Source: a virus
Lineage: Duplodnaviria; Heunggongvirae; Uroviricota; Caudoviricetes
Strand: one strand, 5' to 3'
DNA: 35,486 nucleotides
IMG/VR virus record: IMGVR_UViG_2724679238_000015
Location: 1 to 35,486 of that record
Both the position numbers and the translations under genes were made by a program. This document shows positions 26,313-35,140 of this stretch, one piece after another (positions within the stretch are counted from its first letter, which is position 1; each line of letters starts with the position of its first letter). Under the pieces are notes generated by a model that ran no database searches, was not told the DNA's origin, and saw only the letters and a program-made list of their open reading frames with translations.

Positions 26313-26936
26313 GTGCTTTTGAGCGGGAGATTCAACGTGCTGATTGGCTATGTACGCGTGTCAACAAATGACCAGAACACGGATTTGCAACGCAATGCGC
26401 TCAATAGCGCAGGATGTGAACTGATTTTTGAAGATAAAATCAGCGGAACAAAATCAGCCAGACCGGGATTGAAAAAACTGCTCAGAACGCTGTCAGAAGG
26501 CGATACGCTGGTTGTCTGGAAACTGGACAGGCTGGGCAGAAGCATGAAACACCTGATCACACTGATTGAGGAATTACGGGAAAAAGGTGTCAATTTTCGT
26601 AGTCTGACGGATTCAATTGATACCAGTACACCAATGGGGCGCTTTTTCTTCCACGTGATGGGCGCCCTGGCTGAAATGGAACGTGAATTAATTGTTGAGC
26701 GAACACTGGCCGGACTGGCAGCAGCACGCGCACAGGGGCGCATTGGTGGGCGTCGCCCGAAACTGACAAAAGAGCAACATGAGCAAATAGCAAGGCTGAT
26801 TAAAAACGGCCATGACAGAAAACAACTGGCCATAATTTACGGTATTGGTATATCGACGATTTATCGTTACCACCCCGCGGGAGAATCAACCGGAACAACA
26901 GAGAAGACCAGAGGAAACAAAAAACCGCTAATCTGA
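26313..26936 (+). CDS. serine recombinase DNA invertase (Gin/Hin/Cin/Pin family)
   Basis: LIGYVRVSTNDQNTDLQRNAL...GDTLVVWKLDRLGRS...MGRFFFHVMGALAEMERELIVERTLAGLAAARAQGRIGGRRP...AIIYGIGISTIYRY is the family signature (catalytic Ser in YVRVST). The conserved N-terminus corresponds to a GTG at 26337 in the same frame. Confidence 0.9.
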   Translation: MLLSGRFNVLIGYVRVSTNDQNTDLQRNALNSAGCELIFEDKISGTKSARPGLKKLLRTLSEGDTLVVWKLDRLGRSMKHLITLIEELREKGVNFRSLTDSIDTSTPMGRFFFHVMGALAEMERELIVERTLAGLAAARAQGRIGGRRPKLTKEQHEQIARLIKNGHDRKQLAIIYGIGISTIYRYHPAGESTGTTEKTRGNKKPLI

Positions 26937-26950
26937 TCATTAGCGGTTTT
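26921..26950. terminator. bidirectional terminator shared by the invertase gene and the convergent tail operon
   Basis: AAAA, stem CCGCTAAT / ATTAGCGG, TTTT. The invertase stop codon lies in the loop and the U stop is 12 bp away. Confidence 0.55.
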
Positions 26951-26958
26951 GCATTAAA

Positions 26959-27453
26959 TCAGAACAACCCTTTAACTGAACTGGTCGCGCTGTTAAGGGA
27001 TGCTGTCACCTTATCTTTAAGGCCGGACAGCATATCGCTGAACGATGAGGATTGCAGGCGTTCCCGCAAATCCTCATCACAGCGTTCAAGGGTCAGGGAA
27101 AACTCTATCTTTTTCGCTTTCCCGTAGCGATCCAGTTCAGAGCGGGTCGTGCTCGTTTCGGTCAGAACATACATGCCGTAAATCTGCCCGACGCCATCAA
27201 TCAGAGGCCACGGGCGTCCCGCATACGCCTGCGTGGTCAGCAGCGACAGCGACACTTCGCCGCCTGTAATCTCAGGATAAAGCACGCCAGAAAGAACGAT
27301 GCGATCATCACCTGCACCGATATACTGCCAGCTTGCTGAACGGTTAACGCGCTCGTTTTTCACATGTCGCCAGCTTTTGTTTTGCTGTAACTGCTGATGC
27401 GGCAACGTGCGCAGCTCAAAAACAAACATGCCGTAGATCATCATCATGGCCAT
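26959..27453 (-). CDS. U: tail protein (P2 gpU homolog)
   Basis: 164 aa, directly downstream of the tape measure gene on the minus strand. Confidence 0.8.
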   Translation of the reverse strand: MAMMMIYGMFVFELRTLPHQQLQQNKSWRHVKNERVNRSASWQYIGAGDDRIVLSGVLYPEITGGEVSLSLLTTQAYAGRPWPLIDGVGQIYGMYVLTETSTTRSELDRYGKAKKIEFSLTLERCDEDLRERLQSSSFSDMLSGLKDKVTASLNSATSSVKGLF

Positions 27454-27459
27454 GACTCC

Positions 27460-30297
27460 TCAATCTTTATCGTAAAAACTGCCACGCCCGGCACGGGTAC
27501 GCCGCTCCAGTTCTGCCCTGACCATTTCGCCGACCAGTTTCGCCAGTTCGCGGGGATTCTGCGTAACAACGTTATGCAGATGGACATGAATTTCACCACC
27601 AAATCCGGGGGTCGCAGCCTCCCGGCTGCGGGAAGATGCGGAAACGGGCGCAACTGGCGCACGTGCGGCCTCCACGACCGGACGGGAGCTTGCTGCAACA
27701 ACAGGGGGCAGCGCCGGAGATAACGGAGCCGGGGGCGCGGGAGTGATATTGATTGCAGGAAGAGCCTTGTTGCTCTGCGCAACCTTTCGCTCCTGCCACT
27801 CCCCACGAACAGCAAGCGCACGGGGCAAATTCTTAAAGACAATATCACCGGGGCCGATACGCTTTTTCGTCTCATCAACCAGCTTGCCTGTGTTATCTGC
27901 AATTTTGCTGAGCCTGCGCAGCGTGCCAGTGTTGTTGTCCGTGAGCGGCTTGTTGTCTTTAGGCTTATCGCCTCCGGTCCCTGTTTCCGCAGACTTCGGT
28001 GGATTGATTTTTGCCAGGTCCCCCTGAAGCAAAGCAACCTTGTCCTGAAGAATGGCCGCACGCTGCGCGTCTTCGATTTTCTTTCTCGCCCTTTCCGCTT
28101 CATCTGGAAGGACACCAAGTTTTTCCAGTATCCATGCCAGCGTATCCAGCAGCATTTTTGCAGGCGTCAGGACAAGCTGTAACGCACCGCCAAGAACGTT
28201 GCCGAATACCTCGCCAGCACTGGTGCATTTATCCAGCGTTTCCTTGCTGGATTCCATCGGTGACAGCAGCGATGTAAACCAGTTAAAGACCTGAATCACG
28301 CCATCACGAACCAGTTCGAAAACAGGGCCAAACCGTTCAAAGGTTTCGCGTAACGGGGCCAGCCGCTCCATAATCCCGCTGAACACCCCGGCAAAAAATG
28401 CCCTGATTGGGTCCCAGTATTTCCAGATGAGAACGGCAGCTCCGGCAAGCGCAGCTACGATAAGACCGACCGGGCTGAACAACGCCCCGATAGCGCCTCC
28501 CAGTAAAGAGACGGAACCCTCCACCATTCCCCACAGCGCTGGTAGGACCCTGACAGCATTCATTGATCCGGTCAGGAGGGAAAAACCAAGACGCAGTTTT
28601 GCCAGCGGGCCAGCAAGCACCCCAAGAGCCAGTGACAACGAGCCAACCGTTGCAGTCATTGCCAGCAGCGCACCGCCTGCAATCAGTAGCTGGCGCGTCA
28701 ATGCCGGATGGGCCTGCGCCAGCTCCGTCACCTTTGAGACCACCCGAGTGAGCCACTGCGTGACAGAGCGCAGCGGACCGTCAATCAGATCCGCAATGCG
28801 GATACGCAGCCCCTCCCATGCACTGCCGAGTGATTTCAGGTCGCCATCAAGGTTATTGGCCATAACCTTTGCCGTGCGTTCAGCCTCACCGCGTGCGCCT
28901 TCAAGTTCTTTTCTCAGTTTGGGCAGAGAACCGTCACCTGCCGCATCAACGAGGGCCATAAATGACGTGAAGGCCTCTTCTCCGGCTATGTCCTTAAAGA
29001 ACGATACCCGGTCAACTTCCCCGTATTTGCGGGTGGCTTTATAAAGGTCGGCCAGCACATCCTCCATCGGGCGCATTTTGCCGTTCGCATCAGAGACAGC
29101 CACACCAAGCTCTTTCAGCGCCTCTGCTGCCGCCTTTGGCGGTGATGCCAGACGAGCAAGGCTGGCACGCATTGCTGTCCCGGCATCACTCCCTCTGATA
29201 CCCATATTCGCCAGCACGCCCGCCATCGCTGCGGCCTGCTCCAGCGATATTCCCAGCTTACCCGCCACCGGACCTGCATATTTCATGGTTTCGCCCAGCG
29301 CGCGAAGGTCGGTGTTAGTACGGGTAAACGCCGCAGTAAGTGTGTCGCCGACCCGGTCCATCTGGTCAGCAGAGAGGCCGAACTGCGTCAGGATATTTGA
29401 GCCAATATCAGCCGTCTCGCCAAGGTCCATACCGCCAGCCGTTGCCATGCTCAGCACGCCGGGAAGCGCAGCCTGAATGGCTTCTGGTGTGAAGCCAGCC
29501 ATAGCAAGAAATGCCTGCCCACTGGCGGCATCACTCGCAGTAAACTGCGTTTCAGAGCCGAGCTTTAGCGCCTGCTCACGCAGCGCCTTAAACTGCGGGC
29601 TGTTCTGGTCAATTCGCGTCAGCGCCTGCACACGGGACATCTCTTTCCCGAATCCGATAGCGGGCTGCAAAAAACGCCCGGCAGCATAGCCGCCAGCCGC
29701 TGCCGCACCAGTTGCCAGCGCACCACCTGTTTTCAGTTTTCCCGCAGTTTCCTGCGCGCGTGAATACCGCTCACGCGCCCGCGTTACACGCGCAAGCGCC
29801 TGTCGTTCGCGTTCAAGCTGGTTGTTGTACTGTTCGGTGCGTCTGATGGCCTGCTGGATGGTGTTATCGCTGCCTGTCAGGGAAATACCGTGGCGTTTAA
29901 GCTCTCCGCCAAGCTCCCGCATTTTCTGAATTTCCCGCGTACGCGATTCATTCAGGCGTTCAAGCCGGGTGCTTAACTGCTGCATCAGCCTTTGTTGTTT
30001 TTCGCTGAGCACAGTACCCGTGCGTTGTAACTGATGAAGGGCGTTAAGCTGGCGTCGTGCTTTCACGATGCCAGCATCCGCTTTACTGACAGCATCGCGG
30101 GCGCGCTCAAATGAACGCGCCTGACGCTCGAGATTTTTGATCGCCCCCTGCGTTCGCTGGATGGAGTCACCAAACTGTCCCATCAGGCGGCGGGCGTTTT
30201 CGGCTGGCCGGGTCAGCCTGTCAACAGCACTGAAGGCGACCCGAATGTCAAGAGTCTTCATCGTCTGCATTCCCACTGCGAAGTGCCGCCCGCTCAC
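27460..30297 (-). CDS. T: tail tape measure protein (P2 gpT homolog)
   Basis: 945 aa, Ala/Gly-rich with long helical segments; position between E/E' and U. True start may be an internal Met. Confidence 0.85.
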   Translation of the reverse strand: MSGRHFAVGMQTMKTLDIRVAFSAVDRLTRPAENARRLMGQFGDSIQRTQGAIKNLERQARSFERARDAVSKADAGIVKARRQLNALHQLQRTGTVLSEKQQRLMQQLSTRLERLNESRTREIQKMRELGGELKRHGISLTGSDNTIQQAIRRTEQYNNQLERERQALARVTRARERYSRAQETAGKLKTGGALATGAAAAGGYAAGRFLQPAIGFGKEMSRVQALTRIDQNSPQFKALREQALKLGSETQFTASDAASGQAFLAMAGFTPEAIQAALPGVLSMATAGGMDLGETADIGSNILTQFGLSADQMDRVGDTLTAAFTRTNTDLRALGETMKYAGPVAGKLGISLEQAAAMAGVLANMGIRGSDAGTAMRASLARLASPPKAAAEALKELGVAVSDANGKMRPMEDVLADLYKATRKYGEVDRVSFFKDIAGEEAFTSFMALVDAAGDGSLPKLRKELEGARGEAERTAKVMANNLDGDLKSLGSAWEGLRIRIADLIDGPLRSVTQWLTRVVSKVTELAQAHPALTRQLLIAGGALLAMTATVGSLSLALGVLAGPLAKLRLGFSLLTGSMNAVRVLPALWGMVEGSVSLLGGAIGALFSPVGLIVAALAGAAVLIWKYWDPIRAFFAGVFSGIMERLAPLRETFERFGPVFELVRDGVIQVFNWFTSLLSPMESSKETLDKCTSAGEVFGNVLGGALQLVLTPAKMLLDTLAWILEKLGVLPDEAERARKKIEDAQRAAILQDKVALLQGDLAKINPPKSAETGTGGDKPKDNKPLTDNNTGTLRRLSKIADNTGKLVDETKKRIGPGDIVFKNLPRALAVRGEWQERKVAQSNKALPAINITPAPPAPLSPALPPVVAASSRPVVEAARAPVAPVSASSRSREAATPGFGGEIHVHLHNVVTQNPRELAKLVGEMVRAELERRTRAGRGSFYDKD

Positions 30298-30780
30298 GCC
30301 AGCTAACCACTTCGCCGGGCGTCATCATGAAGATTTCGGCGGGCGACCAGTTAAAAATAACGGCAATATCTGCCACAAAGTCTTCTATGTGCTCAAAGCA
30401 CACAACCGTGATCAGGCTTCCGTCGCCTGTTCGTTCTTCCCGCCAGAGTCCGCACCGCTCAAAAAATTTACGGCAACCACACATAACTGAATAAAGTCAC
30501 GGGATGCCATTTTTTTGATCGTCACTTCATCCAGTCGCGGTGATGTCACGCGTGACAACAGCGTAAACATGGATTCCGCTTTCAGATTCAGCACATCAGA
30601 CAGCGACAGACCACGCAGGGATCCAGCCTGCTCAATAGCCCCGGTGATCTCCACATACGTGATTTTTTCGTCGCCTCGCTCAATTGGCAGGGTAAGTTTT
30701 ACGCCGCGCTCGCTGGTTTCTTTCGCAGTATCAGCAACCACCACAGCGTTTTCAGTATCGGTATTTTTCGTCTCTTTCAT
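30248..30780 (-). CDS. E+E' frameshift product: E extended by a programmed -1 ribosomal frameshift
   Basis: Slippery heptamer UUUUUUG on the mRNA (plus-strand CAAAAAA at 30460..30466) near the end of E; the -1 frame stays open to 30248. Confidence 0.55.
30412..30780 (-). CDS. E: tail assembly chaperone (P2 gpE homolog)
   Basis: 122 aa upstream of T. Confidence 0.75.
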   Translation of the reverse strand: MKETKNTDTENAVVVADTAKETSERGVKLTLPIERGDEKITYVEITGAIEQAGSLRGLSLSDVLNLKAESMFTLLSRVTSPRLDEVTIKKMASRDFIQLCVVAVNFLSGADSGGKNEQATEA

Positions 30781-30834
30781 CAGAAAACTCCTTTCAGTCA
30801 GAGGCGACGCACTGCGCCGCCTGCATATTACTTA

Positions 30835-31347
30835 TCAGCCGAGCCCGAGCGCGGAGCGGATGCGGTCGGGTACAATGTCCTTGCCATCCTTCCGGTAGAT
30901 GTGGTTCACCAGGTCAATTTCCCACACCGGACGATCGTTAATACTCAGCTTGTAGTAGGTGTTTTTGACAGCGTAAGTGTGTGACGTGGCTTCGCCCTGT
31001 TTGGCCTCCCCCATATCAATTTCCGTCACACGCCCGCGCATCTCGATTTCATACAGGTCGCTTTCTGCATCGGTGTAGTATTCACCCGCAAAACGCAGCA
31101 GCGTGCCGTCCATTGTTCCGCCATATTTAAGGAACAGCGCACGAACGGCGCCACCCATGACAAAACTCGCATCAAGCGCGGAATCGTCCAGGCCGAGGTC
31201 GATACTCACCGCTCCCAGCATGCCACCACCACGATAGCTGTCGGTTTTACGCGTCAGTTTAGGCGGGGTGACAGACGTCACCTTACCCACTTCATTTTCA
31301 CCATCCACAAACAGCGTAAAAAAACGAAGATGTTTTGGTACGGCCAT
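30835..31347 (-). CDS. FII: tail tube protein (P2 gpFII homolog)
   Basis: 170 aa immediately downstream of the sheath gene. Confidence 0.85.
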   Translation of the reverse strand: MAVPKHLRFFTLFVDGENEVGKVTSVTPPKLTRKTDSYRGGGMLGAVSIDLGLDDSALDASFVMGGAVRALFLKYGGTMDGTLLRFAGEYYTDAESDLYEIEMRGRVTEIDMGEAKQGEATSHTYAVKNTYYKLSINDRPVWEIDLVNHIYRKDGKDIVPDRIRSALGLG

Positions 31348-32531
31348 TAAGCACCTCCAAGCACTGCAAATGCAGGACCAAAGAACTCATCAGTGAACGC
31401 CTGGTAAAGCTCCATATCTTCCAGCGGAGGAACGGGCGTATATTTATAGCGAATACGCACGCGCCCCTGTCGTAATTCTGTGGTGCTGTTATCCACGATG
31501 TCATACCAGCACGATGCGCCAATCAGTTTCCCGGCAGTAACCAGCGAATCCAGTTTTGCCCTGATGGCACTGATGACGTCCTTCACGTTCGCGGGCGTCA
31601 GTGGACTGTCGATGGTTTCAAACTGCGCTTCCGCAATTGAATCAGCCAGCACCTGTGCGGTTCGGGTATACACCTCAAAGATGTAGGCATTCGTTTCCGG
31701 TGTGCGGTTGCCCCAGAAGCGGAACCCGTTGCGGCGAATGATGGTTGTGATTTCTTTGTTGTTGAGGCTGTTGGCATCGCTGTCAGCAGCCTGCAACGAC
31801 CAGAACACATGCCTGGACATCCCCAGCACATTTTTGACCGGAACGTTGGACAGCGATTTGTGCCAGCCCTGCTCATGGTCAATGTACGCACGAAGGCCGC
31901 ACGCATAGGCTGGCGCGGGGAAAACCTCATTCTCGCCACTTTTCGGGTTGTAAGCGATGAAGTCCGGCCACAGGAGCATCAGCTCGCGTTCGTTGAATTT
32001 TTCACGGTATGCAATGGCTTCAGCCATCGTGTTACAGCCATGACAGGAGGCATACACAAACGCGCGCAGTTTACCTGCAATCACGCACAGGGATTTTGTC
32101 ACCGCCTCCGTGTCCAGCCCCGGCGCGGCCAGAATACGCGGACGGTATCCGATGCTTTCATCCTGCTCTGCAACAAGCAGCGCATACATCCCCGTATAGC
32201 TGCCGTCGGATTCAGAACCACCGATAACCAGTTGATCCTGTGTTTTTCCGTCTTCTTCTTTGTGTTCAGCCACGCGAACGACGATCACCTTTGTGCTCAC
32301 CTGGTCTGCAATGGGTTTCAGCGCACGGTACAGCGTCCCCGTTGTCCCGCATTTTCCCAGCACGTCATTGACGCGGGTCACTAATGCAGGCTTGTTCAGC
32401 GGGAACAGCTTCGCGTCCGCATCGTCCGCCGTTGCCACGATACCGATAACGCTGGAATCAACGTCGTTAATTGCTGTTACCAGGTCGGTACTTTCCGTAA
32501 CGCGGGCGCCATGAAAGCGAGTTTCACTCAT
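31347..32531 (-). CDS. FI: tail sheath protein (P2 gpFI homolog)
   Basis: Start at the Met of MSETRFHGARVTE (AAGGGG RBS), giving about 395 aa. LRAYIDHEQGWHKSLSNV and FRFWGNRT blocks match P2 FI. The ORF-track frame extends upstream to 32666. Confidence 0.85.
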   Translation of the reverse strand: MSETRFHGARVTESTDLVTAINDVDSSVIGIVATADDADAKLFPLNKPALVTRVNDVLGKCGTTGTLYRALKPIADQVSTKVIVVRVAEHKEEDGKTQDQLVIGGSESDGSYTGMYALLVAEQDESIGYRPRILAAPGLDTEAVTKSLCVIAGKLRAFVYASCHGCNTMAEAIAYREKFNERELMLLWPDFIAYNPKSGENEVFPAPAYACGLRAYIDHEQGWHKSLSNVPVKNVLGMSRHVFWSLQAADSDANSLNNKEITTIIRRNGFRFWGNRTPETNAYIFEVYTRTAQVLADSIAEAQFETIDSPLTPANVKDVISAIRAKLDSLVTAGKLIGASCWYDIVDNSTTELRQGRVRIRYKYTPVPPLEDMELYQAFTDEFFGPAFAVLGGA

Positions 32532-32686
32532 AGTTAGCCCCTTGTATCCGTTAAATGATTCGGCAACAATCATCACCCACCACGCGCGTAATCTCATCCC
32601 TGCGCCGTTCTTGCCGCCCGGCGACAACAAAAAGCAGTAACCCCGCCCGCACACACATGCGACCATGCTGCACAGGGAGGGAGCCG

Positions 32687-33787
32687 ATGATTGACACCAC
32701 CATGCAACTGTTCAACCAGAGTACTGACCCCGTGAAGATGCCTGATTTTGATATTCTCGCGGAGGGGAAAACGCTGTCCGGTGTGGCAGAACGCCTGATG
32801 AGCCTGTCACTGACCGACAACCGGGGATTTGAAGCAGACCAGCTCACCATCACGCTGGATGATGCTGATGGTCAGTTGCAGTTGCCGCCACGGGGCGCTC
32901 GCCTGACGGTTCTCATTGGCTGGAAAGGCGAACCGCTGACAGAAAAAGGCACTTACATTGTTGATGAAATTGCTCATGAAGGACCGCCCGACAGACTGAC
33001 CATTTCAGCCAGAAGCGCAGATTTTCGGGATGAATTTAACGTCAAGCGCGAAGTATCCTGGCATGATGTAACCGTTGAACGCGTGGTGTCTGCAATTGCT
33101 CACCGATACGGCCTGAAACCGCAAATCAGCGAAATGCTGATGGATATTGAAATCGACCACGCTGACCAGACCGAAGAAAGCGACATGTCCTTCCTTACAC
33201 GCATGGCGGAAATGCTGGGCGCAATCACCACGGTAAAAAGCGGTAATCTGTTATTCATCATGCCAGGTGGTGGCGTGAACGCGCAGGGAAAACCATTGCC
33301 ATCGTTTGCCATCACACGCAGCAGCGGCGATCGCCATCAGTTTCGCATTGCTGACCGCGAGGCGTATACAGGTGTACGCGCCTACTGGCTTGATCTTAAT
33401 TACGGGAAAAAGAAAAAAGTCAGCGTGAAACGCCGCAAACCGAAAAAGGAGAAAAGCAGCAGCCGGGAAGGCGACTATATGGCAGGCGCGGAAGGCAACG
33501 TGTTTGTGTTACGCAAGACTTATCAGAACGAGCAGGCAGCAAGACGCGCAGCGGCGGCAAAGTGGCAGCAGCTACAACGCGGAGCCGCATCATTCTCCAT
33601 CACGCTGGCACGTGGTCGCGCTGAACTCTACCCCGAAATGCATGGCACGGTGGCAGGCTTTAAAAGCGACATCGACAATCAGGACTGGATTATTGCAAAA
33701 GTTGAGCATTCTATTGATAACAGTGGTTTTACCACACAGCTTGAGCTTGAAGCAAAAATCCCGGAATGGATAGCAGAAACAGAGTGA
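32687..33787 (+). CDS. D: tail protein D (P2 gpD homolog)
   Basis: ATG at 32687 with GGGAGGG RBS; about 366 aa. Transcribed divergently from the FI-U block. Confidence 0.8.
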   Translation: MIDTTMQLFNQSTDPVKMPDFDILAEGKTLSGVAERLMSLSLTDNRGFEADQLTITLDDADGQLQLPPRGARLTVLIGWKGEPLTEKGTYIVDEIAHEGPPDRLTISARSADFRDEFNVKREVSWHDVTVERVVSAIAHRYGLKPQISEMLMDIEIDHADQTEESDMSFLTRMAEMLGAITTVKSGNLLFIMPGGGVNAQGKPLPSFAITRSSGDRHQFRIADREAYTGVRAYWLDLNYGKKKKVSVKRRKPKKEKSSSREGDYMAGAEGNVFVLRKTYQNEQAARRAAAAKWQQLQRGAASFSITLARGRAELYPEMHGTVAGFKSDIDNQDWIIAKVEHSIDNSGFTTQLELEAKIPEWIAETE

Positions 33788-33828
33788 GCAACTTAGAATA
33801 GCGGCAGCACTACGTTAAGGGGGTTGCC

Positions 33829-34089
33829 ATGTTCCGTTGTCCGCTTTGTGGCGCATCTGCCCGTATCCGCACCAGTCGTTCGGAAAATGATTCAGATACC
33901 GTACGGAAAAAATATTACCAGTGTAACAACCTGGAATGCGGCGTATGCTTCTCAACACTGGAGGCTTTCCATAAATTCACATCGAAACACGCCCCCGGCG
34001 TTCACTCTTCAGAGGGCATCCCGTGGAATGAGCTACCAGCTTCACACAGGGGAAACAACCAGATGAGTTTGCCCTTACCTCAGAATTAA
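33829..34089 (+). CDS. ogr: late gene transcription activator, zinc-finger Ogr/Delta family
   Basis: MFRCPLCGASARIRTSR...YYQCNNLECGVCFSTLEAF matches P2 Ogr (MFHCPLCQHAAHARTSR...YHQCQNVNCSATF) with the four-Cys zinc finger. Confidence 0.85.
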   Translation: MFRCPLCGASARIRTSRSENDSDTVRKKYYQCNNLECGVCFSTLEAFHKFTSKHAPGVHSSEGIPWNELPASHRGNNQMSLPLPQN

Positions 34090-34149
34090 CAGGCTGAATT
34101 GCCGGAGTAACAAAAAAGCGATAAATTACGCGCGGGTGCCTTTCGGCTG

Positions 34150-34362
34150 ATGGCTGGAGGGAATACCCGAAGGCCAGATGTGGAAAGGCCCCGGAAAACA
34201 TTTCTGTTTAACCGAGGCCCTGACCATCTAACCTTAGCAAGTGATAGGTTAGCGCCTCCCCAAAAAAGGAGCAAGCGCTATGTCGCAAAAATCGCTTATG
34301 GCCATCACGTTCTGCGTGACGGTAATCCTCATCATCTGGATGCTGCACGGTTCGCTGTGTGA
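34150..34362 (+). CDS. mok-like overlapping reading frame of the hok locus (tentative)
   Basis: 70-aa ORF in another frame overlapping the hok start, as mok does in hok/sok loci. Called by position only. Confidence 0.3.
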   Translation: MAGGNTRRPDVERPRKTFLFNRGPDHLTLASDRLAPPQKRSKRYVAKIAYGHHVLRDGNPHHLDAARFAV

Positions 34363-34420
34363 AATACGGATGAGCTTCTGGGGAGCGGAGTTTGCGGCGT
34401 TCTTACAGTGTAAGCAGTAA
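34280..34420 (+). CDS. hok: Hok/Gef-family small membrane toxin (type I toxin-antitoxin)
   Basis: 46 aa: MSQKSLMAITFCVTVILIIWMLHGSLCEIRMSFWGAEFAAFLQCKQ. N-terminal TM followed by the SLCEIR...E.AAF signature of the Hok/Gef family. Followed by a GC-rich fold-back hairpin. Confidence 0.65.
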   Translation: MSQKSLMAITFCVTVILIIWMLHGSLCEIRMSFWGAEFAAFLQCKQ

Positions 34421-34508
34421 GGAAACCGCGACGGGGGAGCAATCCCCCGTCAATCGGTTGCTAAGGCTGGCCGAAGTGGCACCCTATCCCATGGACACAA
34501 ACAAGAAA

Positions 34509-34540
34509 ACCCGCAGCGTAAAAACTGCGGGTTTTCTTTT
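34509..34540. terminator. bidirectional rho-independent terminator
   Basis: ACCCGCAG / CTGCGGGT stem flanked by AAGAAAA upstream and TTTTCTTTT downstream. Lies between the convergent hok locus and the minus-strand gene at 34612. Confidence 0.55.
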
Positions 34541-34611
34541 GGAGCTCTCACTTAGCTAAGGTACCGTTAACAACACACATAATGCTCGCAAAACAAACCA
34601 GTTAAAAGTGA

Positions 34612-34893
34612 TTACTCAGCATTCTCCTGCTTCCATTGCCGGATCATTTCATCCGTAACATCACTCTCATAACATACCACGTCATACCCTCCAGTACGGC
34701 TATATGCACTGCGTCTACCACATCTACTACCATTCCTTGCATGATTATAAGGACACGCACAATTGCCTGGATACGATTCAATGGATTCTTTAATTATTTC
34801 TTTCTTGATCTGAGCATCAGACTTTCCTGTTGCTGCATACCCACTAAAAGATACCAAACAAAAACAGATTGCCATTAATAAACCACATCGCAT
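34612..34893 (-). CDS. small secreted cysteine-containing protein of unknown function
   Basis: ORF-track frame extends to 35007; the internal Met at 34893 gives a signal peptide (MRCGLLMAICFCLVSFSGYA) and an ~73-aa mature part with four Cys. Confidence 0.45.
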   Translation of the reverse strand: MRCGLLMAICFCLVSFSGYAATGKSDAQIKKEIIKESIESYPGNCACPYNHARNGSRCGRRSAYSRTGGYDVVCYESDVTDEMIRQWKQENAE

Positions 34894-35140
34894 ACCGATA
34901 CACTCTATTACTAACCAATCATAACCCACATCATAAAATCGAGATGTGGAGTACAACACCTTTAACAAGAAGGTGTCATAACGATAATATGCCGTGCAAT
35001 TCATCAAAAAAAAGATCTATATCAAAGAGATAGAGCTCTTATCAGTGCTGCAGACATCGGCATTCGAGGCAGCAGAAAAACAGTAAATCTGACGAATTTG
35101 CCTTTTCTCAGGATGTTATCAGATTAAAAAAGACAGATTA

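Larger units (their letters stand above)
1..34100. mobile_element. P2/186-family prophage, integrase through ogr; left att site is outside the window and the right boundary is approximate
   Basis: Complete P2-like gene set in largely conserved order: int, repressor, early operon with initiator A, Q/P, O-N-M-L, lysis cassette, R-S-V-W-J-I-H-G, sheath/tube/E/T/U, D, ogr. Recognised from translations, not from a search. Confidence 0.85.

Noticed and set aside
27743-29689. Multiple plus-strand ORFs (94 to 205 aa) inside the tape measure gene
   Set aside because: Antisense frames in an Ala/Gly-rich gene; Pro/Ser/Ala-rich translations with no motifs and no translation signals.
31480-32384. Plus-strand ORFs (68 to 191 aa) opposite the tail sheath gene
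   Set aside because: Antisense to the conserved sheath gene; no start context.
32532-32686. Ogr-binding site (TGT-N12-ACA) in the FI/D divergent promoter region
   Set aside because: Only an imperfect TCT-N12-ACA element is present (about 32609..32626); not convincing enough to call a late promoter.
34150-34260. Explicit call of a sok-like antisense RNA in the hok leader
   Set aside because: The leader is conserved between the two copies, but I could not pick out a convincing antisense promoter and terminator by eye, so no RNA feature is reported.
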